Positions 17,253 through 24,864 of a DNA stretch of 46,035 nt are shown here, piece by piece. Both the position numbers and the translations under genes were made by a program. The notes under the pieces were generated by a model that saw only the letters and a program-made list of their open reading frames with translations, ran no database searches and was not told the origin of the DNA. The stretch is from Thermotogaceae bacterium (GTDB lineage Bacteria; Thermotogota; Thermotogae; MWEM01), in NCBI GenBank assembly GCA_012744415.1, contig JAAYCF010000065.1, positions 1-46,035 of the forward strand, given 5' to 3'. How positions within the stretch are numbered: position 1 is the stretch's first letter; each line of letters opens with the position of its first letter.

Positions 17253-20200
17253 TTATCTTTCGACGTGAAAGGGCAAGAAAAAATTGTAGCGGTCGGTTTC
17301 TTGGGGGCTGAGACCGATCCATTTCGGAAAGTATTTAAAGAGGAACGGCTCCGCCGAAGAAGTGAACCCGATGATTTGAAACTGATGGGTATACAGCATC
17401 CGCATCGGGATCTCAAGTAGCGTTTCCGTATTGATGTGTCCGAACAGGTGGTCGAGGACCAAGATCGACGAGGTGTTGGAACGCGGGGCATATCCCTTCC
17501 ACCAAGAGAAAAGCGAAGCGTAGAGCATAAGGTAAATCGCCATTTTTTCTCCGGTAGACCACTTCTCAACGTCCTTCCAGGCATACTTTTCATCCATCGC
17601 CCTGATAAAGGGAGGTTTGCTGATGCGTATTTCCAACCGTTGATCAAAATAGAACTCCCATAAGGTTCTCAACGGCCACCGCAGAAGAACGTCCTGCCGC
17701 TCAGACCCTTGCCGATCGAGGGTATCGGCAATACGATTTGCGAAGCGCTCGAGGTCATCTTCGCGCGCGCGTCTCGGAAAAGAAAATTCGAGCAGCGTGG
17801 TATCTTCCGGACCCGGGCGGGAGAAACGCGCGATATCCCGCAGGTGCGCATTCACGATTTCCATCACGGAACCGATCTCTTTTGAAAAACGCGACAAGGC
17901 CGTCTGCGTTCTTCTCTCTTCCGATTGCTCATCGCTAATTTTTTTCCTGAGCCCGTTCAACAGGTGCGTGACAACTTTGTTCCCGCCTTCGAGCCCATCC
18001 TCTTCCGAAGCGTCGAAAACGGGTTCTTCCCAATTTTCCGCGGGATCGAGCGTTTTTTTCAACTCCACCCATTCGTTATCCAACACCTGCCTTTGCCGTT
18101 CGACCGCGTACAAGTGCTTTCGGTATTCCGCTTCCTTCTCTTCCCAAAGGTTATCAAGATCGTTTTTCAAAAAAATTCGGGCTAAACCTGGGATGTATTT
18201 TTTATCCCCATCATCGCAATCGGACAACGTGATTTGCTGTCGCCGCGCGAGGGATCCCAGCCTTCGCAGGGCATTTTCTTTTTCGGCGATCGATCGCGTT
18301 GTTTCTTCCCGGCTCTCTTCTATCTCTCGTATTCTTCTTTCCAAGGTTTCCGCGGACTCCACGCCCTCGGAAACCCGCTCATCCTCGAAATCCCCTGCGC
18401 CGTCCGCAGATGGGGACAGTATCGGGTCAAGCTCGGGCAACGCCCTCTTTCTGGCGCAAAGGGTCGCTCGTTCGTCAAAAAGATTCGGCAACTTGCTCTC
18501 CTTGTTTCTGATCTCCGCGATGATCTCCCAAAGAAGTCCCGGGTGCGCCTCAAATACCGACGGATCAGTTTGCGGTTCCCGCGCGACCAGGGAAAGCAAA
18601 GGATTCTTCAACTCCTCGAGAGCGTCTTCCATCTCTCGATCCGTATCCTGAACTTGCGTCTCCCATTCCGAGAGTCGTTTCTGAATCGATAGGCAAAAGA
18701 GCGAAAAGTCTTTTAATGGCACTCCACACACTTGTTCGATTTCGAAGGAAAGCAACGACCACTCTCGTTCTTCTTTCTCAAGCGCTTCTATCTTTTGCCG
18801 TAGAATTCGTTCTTCTTCGCCCAAAGAGTGGGAAAGCGCCACCGACGCTTGGATTTTTTCCCTGACGTCGTCCAGGCTTTTCGAAACCAGCCGGAAGCCT
18901 TTTTCGAGGAAGGCGCGTTTTTCACGGCACCTTTCATCGGCTGTCTCCGGGTCCGGACCCAGCGTTTGCGAGAAGATCGCCAGACGTTCCAATTGGTCTT
19001 CGGTTTTCTTCAACGCCGCGACGAGGCTATCTTTCCGATCGCGAAAAACGACACGACGGGTTTGCAGCCATTGTGTCAGATCTTCACGATACCCGCGGGT
19101 ATTCTCTTCCGAGGCGGGGCGCCCGGGATTAAGGCGAAGCTGGAGGGCATGTTCGGTTAGAGAAGGAACCCACCGCAGCTTCAGTCGCATCATCGTGCGA
19201 TATTCGCTCGCTTCGACGAGGGTTTCCGCTTCCCTGACAGATAAAACCGGTATTGGAAGCGTTGGAAAATCTTCAAGGGGTAAACAGGAAAGCGCCTGAT
19301 CCATCTCCAAAGGATATTCGGTAATCAGCGCAAAGGTCAAAAAAGGATTGCGACTCTTCCCGCTTTTGATCCAATCCGAGCCTGTTTCGAATCCTAAAAA
19401 GCCGTTTCGCGCGAGGACTGAAGCCAGCTTCTCAACTTCTTCGGGAGTACGCGAGCCGATCGAATCGGCCTGACTCGTCTCCAACTGATCGATGCGTTCG
19501 ATCTCCCGGCTGGCCTCGTATATTTGGATATGCAAACGATTACGTTTCTCATCCAACCTCTCTTTTATGAAAGGAAGCGGGCGGTTCCCGTCTAAAGATT
19601 TCAGCAATTCGACAAAATCCTGGTAAGCACGGATTTGTTCCCCGCGCGGATCTTCTTCGGCAAGCTTTGATTTCAAGCTTTCCCGATCGCCTTCATATCC
19701 CTCCAGCTTTTGACGGAGCTTCCTTCTTACCGCTTTTTGAATCGCTTGCCGCCTTTGATTCCGTTCCAGCGCGCTGATCGCCCTCTCTTTCTCGTACCCG
19801 GTCTTTTGGTAGCCAGGCATCTCACCAAGCCTTTTGTAGCGTTCCTGAAGACTGGAGCAGCGCTGCAGAATCGAAAGAGTCTCCCAAGAAGACTGTAAAA
19901 TCGTTTCCCGACGTATCTGACCGGATTTGACCGTCTCCAGAAGCGTCTCCAAGTGGTGCTTCGTCATCAGCGCCCAAGAGACCGACGCGTTACTTTGCAT
20001 CTGTGACATTGCCGAGGTAGATTCGCCGGAAGGTTTTTCATCCGCTTCGGCAGCCATACGGCGTCGTAGGGTTTCGTATAAAAGCGCTATTTTTTGTTGT
20101 TTTTCTTCGATTTCTCCGGATAACGCAGCTTCAGTTTTCTCCAACTCCGCTTTTTCGAGAGCGCGTTCTCGATGGACCCGAAGCCAGTTCTTTCGACGAC

Positions 20201-21113
20201 AGTCCGCTTGCGCTTCATCCAAACCGCAGAGTTGTTCCTCCATCCGTTGAATGTCGGTATGCGCTTTTTGTATCTCTTTATGGGTGTATGCCTGTATCGT
20301 CCGAAGGGAACAAACCGCGTCACGTAGATCTTCTTTCGCTTCATGATAGGCGCGTAGCAGAGTCATACGGGACTGAAGCCGATCCTTTAAGGCGACATCG
20401 AGATCGACGCCCCTGTTCGGCTTCCACATTCTTCTATGCGAAAAAAAAGTGGAGATCCTTTCTCTCAGATCGGTTCCTTCAATTTTCAGGCGTTTTTCGA
20501 TCAAAGGGAAAACCATCGGATCAAGGATTTTGTCGGAGGTATTGCCCAATACCTCCTGCAAAGGCAACATGCCTTCCAAAAACTGGTTGAAAGAGAGAAT
20601 CAGACACCATTCTTCCGATCCTAAACCAAATTCGCCCAATTGTTGTTCGTAAGCGGTCAAATCTTCTCGCCGGAAGGCGTTGAATCGATCTCCGTACAAC
20701 GATCTCATGAGCAGCGGCAGCTCTTCGTAATCCAATACTGACTCTCCTCGCCGAATCGGAAGGCGTTCGATATCGAAAAGTCCTTCGAGTCGAAGAATCC
20801 AGTTGAAGTATGTCCGATCCGCTTTCTTGCGGGTGCTGAAACCCAACAAAACCGTTTCGTCCTCGACCGAGAACGCGGCGAGGATATGGGAGGTCCCGGT
20901 GCATTTCGAGAACAAATCATCCACGGTTCTTGGCTGCAGGAAGGCGCCGGGAAGGATCGTCTGAAAAAAACACGAAAGCAAATAGGTTTTCCCCGCTCCG
21001 TTTGGCATCAAAATGAGCGTATTACGCCCGCCAAAGTCGAGTGTCAGATCGGGGATGACGTAAGACTCTCCGTAAGCGAGATTCAGCACGCGAAACCCTT
21101 TCAGTTCAGGCAT
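17253..21113 (-). CDS. MukB/MksB/JetC-like SMC-family ATPase (1286 aa) with atypical Walker B
   Basis: The N-terminal head 'FRVLNLAYGES...TLILMPNGAGKTYLLSCFFQTILPG' parallels MukB 'FRSLTLINWNG...[24 protein letters not shown]'. It is followed by a long heptad-rich coiled coil, a globular hinge at about residues 560-690, and a second coiled coil. The C-terminal head 'WSTGEKMAIYLMLYASLFSWW...SILVLDHLFGHIN...FQIIGFTS' parallels MukB 'LSTGEAIG...QSW...[11 protein letters not shown]...LQLIIAAPE'. Confidence 0.75.
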   Translation of the reverse strand: MPELKGFRVLNLAYGESYVIPDLTLDFGGRNTLILMPNGAGKTYLLSCFFQTILPGAFLQPRTVDDLFSKCTGTSHILAAFSVEDETVLLGFSTRKKADRTYFNWILRLEGLFDIERLPIRRGESVLDYEELPLLMRSLYGDRFNAFRREDLTAYEQQLGEFGLGSEEWCLILSFNQFLEGMLPLQEVLGNTSDKILDPMVFPLIEKRLKIEGTDLRERISTFFSHRRMWKPNRGVDLDVALKDRLQSRMTLLRAYHEAKEDLRDAVCSLRTIQAYTHKEIQKAHTDIQRMEEQLCGLDEAQADCRRKNWLRVHRERALEKAELEKTEAALSGEIEEKQQKIALLYETLRRRMAAEADEKPSGESTSAMSQMQSNASVSWALMTKHHLETLLETVKSGQIRRETILQSSWETLSILQRCSSLQERYKRLGEMPGYQKTGYEKERAISALERNQRRQAIQKAVRRKLRQKLEGYEGDRESLKSKLAEEDPRGEQIRAYQDFVELLKSLDGNRPLPFIKERLDEKRNRLHIQIYEASREIERIDQLETSQADSIGSRTPEEVEKLASVLARNGFLGFETGSDWIKSGKSRNPFLTFALITEYPLEMDQALSCLPLEDFPTLPIPVLSVREAETLVEASEYRTMMRLKLRWVPSLTEHALQLRLNPGRPASEENTRGYREDLTQWLQTRRVVFRDRKDSLVAALKKTEDQLERLAIFSQTLGPDPETADERCREKRAFLEKGFRLVSKSLDDVREKIQASVALSHSLGEEERILRQKIEALEKEEREWSLLSFEIEQVCGVPLKDFSLFCLSIQKRLSEWETQVQDTDREMEDALEELKNPLLSLVAREPQTDPSVFEAHPGLLWEIIAEIRNKESKLPNLFDERATLCARKRALPELDPILSPSADGAGDFEDERVSEGVESAETLERRIREIEESREETTRSIAEKENALRRLGSLARRQQITLSDCDDGDKKYIPGLARIFLKNDLDNLWEEKEAEYRKHLYAVERQRQVLDNEWVELKKTLDPAENWEEPVFDASEEDGLEGGNKVVTHLLNGLRKKISDEQSEERRTQTALSRFSKEIGSVMEIVNAHLRDIARFSRPGPEDTTLLEFSFPRRAREDDLERFANRIADTLDRQGSERQDVLLRWPLRTLWEFYFDQRLEIRISKPPFIRAMDEKYAWKDVEKWSTGEKMAIYLMLYASLFSWWKGYAPRSNTSSILVLDHLFGHINTETLLEIPMRMLYTHQFQIIGFTSSAEPFLFKYFPKWIGLSPQETDRYNFFLPFHVER

Positions 21114-21921
21114 CTCCAGCCTCTTTGATACCTAAATCAACCCAAGCGTCTTCTTCTTTCCACATACCGTATACGGCGCGGGCTTTTGCCGTCGGAACGA
21201 TCGTTCGCTGCTTCTCAAAGTACGTGACTAACCCTTGCTCATTCAGAACTTGAACGGCTTTGACGATCAACCCAACCTGCGAATCGCTCTTATAACTGGT
21301 CCAGTCGCCGGGTCGGATAAATCCTTCCGAAAGTCCTTCCCAATCGGAAATCCAGCGTTCCGGGACGGCGCCGCTTTCCTTTCTTGGCGATGGGTCGGCC
21401 CAACGCAATTTGGCCCCCGCGACCAGCTTCCGGATGCGCTCGAGTATCTCGGACAAGACCACATACTCCGCGTTCTCCTCGAAAAACATAAGGAAGAGGA
21501 TAGCGGTGAGGACCTCGAATAGCTGCCATCGTTTTGAGGGGAAGGGGATTTGCTTAAAAAAATCGACTTTTTTCATCGTGAAAGGACTTTCTTCCGCGCA
21601 AAAAAAATAGATCGCTTCCGCGTCTTCCCGTATCAATAGCCGGGCTTCTTCCGCAAAAACGCGGACCAAGTCGCGAATTTCGATACTTTCGAAGTAAAGG
21701 GCGTAGAGTCGAGGATCATCTTGAAAGGTGATCGTTCCCGTCGCCAAGGCGCGGGCGATCATCTTGAATACCCATCGCATTTGTTCACGGAGGGAGGCTT
21801 CCACCCTTTCACCTTCCCTAACGATACATAGGAAATCTTTATTGCAATTATACAGGTCTATTTCCGGGTTGTCAATGAAGGGTGTGTTATAATCGGCAAA
21901 GTAGACGAAAGCGCCCGTCAT
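21106..21921 (-). CDS. Acidic 271-aa partner of the SMC-like ATPase; possibly MukE/MksE/JetB-like (DUF4194-like), unverified
   Basis: Its stop overlaps the ATG of the 1286-aa gene (ATGCCTGA, 8 nt), and AAGAGG lies 6 nt before that ATG. Segments 'DLVRVFAEEARLLIREDAEAIYFF' and 'VVLSEILERIRKL...GLIVKAVQVLNEQGLVTYFEKQ' recall tandem winged-helix MksE/JetB proteins. No Shine-Dalgarno precedes ATG 21921, so the start is uncertain. Confidence 0.55.
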   Translation of the reverse strand: MTGAFVYFADYNTPFIDNPEIDLYNCNKDFLCIVREGERVEASLREQMRWVFKMIARALATGTITFQDDPRLYALYFESIEIRDLVRVFAEEARLLIREDAEAIYFFCAEESPFTMKKVDFFKQIPFPSKRWQLFEVLTAILFLMFFEENAEYVVLSEILERIRKLVAGAKLRWADPSPRKESGAVPERWISDWEGLSEGFIRPGDWTSYKSDSQVGLIVKAVQVLNEQGLVTYFEKQRTIVPTAKARAVYGMWKEEDAWVDLGIKEAGDA

Positions 21922-21954
21922 TGGGTCCGATAAGCCTGCAAAGAGATAGAAGGA

Positions 21955-22416
21955 GTGAGGAAGATCGAAGATATATTCCGAAGGTTAAAATTTCGAAGTT
22001 CGGGTCATGCCTTGGTGTGGAACACACCCGAAGAGTTTCGTATCCGTTTAAACCGCTTGCGGGAGATCGTGCCGGTCCACGAAGCTGTGATCGAAAACAT
22101 CCGATACGGTTTCTTTCTTCTGTTTGTGAAGGGGCAGGAGGACATACGTCTAAGTCTCCCATTCCTTTCGGAAAACCTCGAACCAGACGGGATCCTTTGG
22201 TTCGCCTACCCCAAAAAATCTTCGAAGAAGTACGATAGCCGCTTGAGCCGAGAGGTTGGATGGGACGCGATCCGCCAACTGGGTTACGAACCGGTACGCC
22301 AAGTTGCCATCGACCAAGACTGGTCTGCTTTGCGCTTTCGAGAAGAGCGGTATATCCGCCTGCTCTTGCGAAATAGAAATAATGAGCCGTCCGGCGGCCA
22401 TTCGGATAAGCTTTGA
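21955..22416 (+). CDS. Small conserved-looking hypothetical protein (153 aa)
   Basis: GTG 21955. The C-terminal block 'ILWFAYPKKSSKKYDSRLSREVGWDAIRQLGYEPVRQVAIDQDWSALRF' resembles a DUF3052-like pattern, from recollection only. The antisense 191-aa ORF over the same DNA is R/G/P-rich and is rejected. Confidence 0.5.
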   Translation: MRKIEDIFRRLKFRSSGHALVWNTPEEFRIRLNRLREIVPVHEAVIENIRYGFFLLFVKGQEDIRLSLPFLSENLEPDGILWFAYPKKSSKKYDSRLSREVGWDAIRQLGYEPVRQVAIDQDWSALRFREERYIRLLLRNRNNEPSGGHSDKL

Positions 22417-23518
22417 GCGCAGGACGACCGTGAAGGAGCAAACGTTCGAGTCCATCCGTCATAAAGGGTATGATATCCGGTTTCGCAGCAAACCGAATTT
22501 TGACAGGCTTTATGTTGAACTATCCACCGCCTGCAATTTTTCTTGCGAGATGTGTTTTTCCTCCGGACAGGAAAGAAAGAGCGGGACGATGATCGCGGCG
22601 CAGACAATAACGCGGTTGGCAGATGAGCTCTCCGGGTATCCGGATAGACCTGAGATCGTTTTCGCGGGGATCGGGGAACCGCTGCTTCATCCTGACTGGA
22701 GGGCCTTTCTTCTCCGATTTAAGGAGATCCCTGCAAAAGTAGGCCTTCACACCAACGGAGCGCTGTTGGACGAAGAAGCCCTGACCTTTCTGGTCGACGC
22801 GCAAACCGATCATTTGTGTCTATCGGTCGATCCGGAGGGATTTGGCCATGAGAGCGCCGAAAAATCGCTGGAAACCTTGGAAATGCTCCATGCGATCAAG
22901 AAGCGAAAAGGTAGCCTGCTTCCCTTGGTATCGATTCAATCGGTCCTCTGCTCGAAGAACATCGGAGGGAGCGACGCCTTCGGAAGGCGGATCGAATCTC
23001 TGGGGGTTTCCGAATGGATCCTTTCGAACCTCGTGCCGATGAATGCTGAGCAAGCGAAAACCGCGCTTTATCCGATGAGCCCTATCAGTTTGGCCACGCC
23101 ACTCGGATTGTCTTTTGCTTCCCGCTTTCCTTTCGCGCGGGTCCCCTCTTTTCGGCTGATCGGAGAACGTGGCTGTCCGTTTATTGACAAAAACAGTCTT
23201 GTTGTCGGCGCAGACGGTCGAATAACGCTATGCTACCCCTTTCTTCGATCGCATGAGACATACCCGTTCGGGAAAAAACATCCTGTCGCCGCCTACGCCT
23301 TTGGGCATTTTCCAGACGAAAGGCTCCTGTCTGTCTGGCAAAAAACTGATGTGTCCAGCTTTCGGGCAAAAGTTCGCCTCGGGCTCTTTCCCTACTGTTT
23401 TGAGTGCGAATGGATCGATACCTGCGAACTGATTACCCGCGGATCAACGGATTGCCACGGCAATATGCCTTCTTGCGCCGATTGTTTATGGTATCATCGA
23501 TTAGTCATGTGCTTCTAA
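22382..23518 (+). CDS. Radical SAM enzyme with Cys-rich SPASM/twitch-like C-terminal domain
   Basis: 'LSTACNFSCEMCF' gives the CxxxCxxC cluster motif, and 'FAGIGEPLLHP' the SAM-binding GGE-like block. The C-terminus 'CYPF...CFECEWIDTCELITRGSTDCHGNMPSCADCLWYHRLVMCF' is Cys-rich. The start is ATG 22382 (35-nt overlap with the upstream gene) or GTG 22430. Confidence 0.75.
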   Translation: MSRPAAIRISFERRTTVKEQTFESIRHKGYDIRFRSKPNFDRLYVELSTACNFSCEMCFSSGQERKSGTMIAAQTITRLADELSGYPDRPEIVFAGIGEPLLHPDWRAFLLRFKEIPAKVGLHTNGALLDEEALTFLVDAQTDHLCLSVDPEGFGHESAEKSLETLEMLHAIKKRKGSLLPLVSIQSVLCSKNIGGSDAFGRRIESLGVSEWILSNLVPMNAEQAKTALYPMSPISLATPLGLSFASRFPFARVPSFRLIGERGCPFIDKNSLVVGADGRITLCYPFLRSHETYPFGKKHPVAAYAFGHFPDERLLSVWQKTDVSSFRAKVRLGLFPYCFECEWIDTCELITRGSTDCHGNMPSCADCLWYHRLVMCF

Positions 23519-23552
23519 TCCACGAAAAAAATCGTAAGTGAAAGGACCGGAT

Positions 23553-24734
23553 ATGGACACTCGAATCATCTTGAAAAGATTGTTGTCTCCCAGGATCACG
23601 AACGGACATCCCTGGATATACGATAACGAAATCGAGAAGATTGAAGGCGAACCAGCGCCGGGGGAGATCGTCGACGTACTTTCTTCCTCGCGGCAGTGGC
23701 TCGGCCGCGGGTATGCGAATACGCATTCTAAGATCGTTGCGCGGCTTCTCACCAGGAAATACGAAACGATTGATGCGGAGTTCTTTTGCAGACGCATTGA
23801 CGAGGCCATCAATCATCGCCGTTTCCTATTCCAGAAGTCCTGCGTTTGCCGTTTGGTCTTCGGCGAAGCGGACGATCTGAGCGGATTGGTTATCGACCGT
23901 TTTGAGGATGTCATTGTCTTTCAGTTCAATACAGCCGGAATGCACCGGTTTCGTAATGAGATTATTAACTGTATCCGCGAACGGTTCCCTGAGGCTTTCT
24001 TCTATGATAAGAGCGACTTAAACGCGCTCATGAAGGAACAGGTGACACCGCTGAACGGTTGGATCGGGAGAGCATGCCCCGAACCCTTTGAGATCTCCTA
24101 TCACGGGTTGCGGTTCGCGGTTTCCCCGAGCGAAGGCCAGAAAACCGGCATTTACATCGATCAGCTCGAAAATGCGGTGATCGCGGCCTCGCTCTGCTCG
24201 CCCTCCGGGAAGACCGTATGGGACGTCTTTTCGAACTCGGGCAATTTCGGACTGCGTCTGCTTCAAAATGGCGCGAAAAGCGTCGCGTTCATCGACCAAT
24301 CGGGGACCGCCCTATCCGATTGCCAGGAAAACCTGCGTTTGAACGCGTTAACCGGCGCCTCTTTTCACGAAGGAAACGCCTTCGACATCCTGCGCTCCTG
24401 GGAAGAACGCGGCGAAAAGGCCGATATCATCGTTTTAGACCCGCCTTCCTTCACGAAATCCCGTTCTTCAAAAGGAAACGCTTTGAGAGGATACAAAGAG
24501 ATTAATCTACGCGCGTTGAAATCCCTGAACCCGCGCGGGTTTTTAGTTTCCGCATCATGTTCTCAAGCCATTTCCAGGCAAGAGTTCGAGATGATGATGT
24601 ACGCTGCCGCCACGGATGTAGGGTCTCGGCTCCGTCTCGTTTACAGAGGCGGCCAACCCGCGGACCATCCGGTGGTCTTGAACATCTTCGAAACGGACTA
24701 CTTAAAGTTCTATATCTTTGAAAAACTCCCGTAG
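23553..24734 (+). CDS. Class I SAM-dependent rRNA methyltransferase, RlmI/YwbD-like (PUA + MTase)
   Basis: N-terminal PUA-like region, MTase motifs 'VWDVFSNSGNFGL' and 'IIVLDPPSF'. ATG 23553 is preferred over GTG 23538. Confidence 0.75.
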   Translation: MDTRIILKRLLSPRITNGHPWIYDNEIEKIEGEPAPGEIVDVLSSSRQWLGRGYANTHSKIVARLLTRKYETIDAEFFCRRIDEAINHRRFLFQKSCVCRLVFGEADDLSGLVIDRFEDVIVFQFNTAGMHRFRNEIINCIRERFPEAFFYDKSDLNALMKEQVTPLNGWIGRACPEPFEISYHGLRFAVSPSEGQKTGIYIDQLENAVIAASLCSPSGKTVWDVFSNSGNFGLRLLQNGAKSVAFIDQSGTALSDCQENLRLNALTGASFHEGNAFDILRSWEERGEKADIIVLDPPSFTKSRSSKGNALRGYKEINLRALKSLNPRGFLVSASCSQAISRQEFEMMMYAAATDVGSRLRLVYRGGQPADHPVVLNIFETDYLKFYIFEKLP

Positions 24735-24864
24735 TCTTGTTCTAAAGGCTTTCTCCTTTGTTGGAGGCTAAATCCGTGTTATAATGGTTCTGACCCGGGA
24801 GGGAAAAAAACTTCTAATAAACAACGATAAAATGCTCGACATACCGATTAGAGGAGTGAAGACG

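Noticed and set aside
17797-18651. 284-aa Ser-rich plus-strand ORF (and several 60-150-aa ORFs on both strands) inside the SMC-like gene
   Set aside because: These are mirror-frame artefacts of a Glu/Arg/Leu-rich coiled-coil coding sequence (GAA/GAG/CTC repeats read as Ser/Phe/Leu on the opposite strand). They have no starts with an RBS.
17253-21921. Calling the pair a canonical Wadjet (JetABCD), MksBEFG, Lamassu or SbcCD/RecN system, or a horizontally acquired island
   Set aside because: No JetA/MksF-size kleisin, no JetD/MksG Toprim nuclease, no LmuA-type effector and no SbcD nuclease lies within about 15 kb on either side. I also saw no integrase, transposase, flanking direct repeats, tRNA or visible GC/codon shift, so island status cannot be supported from this window.
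21887-22462. 191-aa minus-strand ORF that would extend the SMC-partner operon upstream; I considered it as a possible missing kleisin
   Set aside because: It is far too short for a kleisin and its composition is R/G/P-rich. It overlaps the plus-strand 153-aa ORF, which has a conserved-looking domain pattern. It is also out of frame with, and overlapping, the 271-aa gene.
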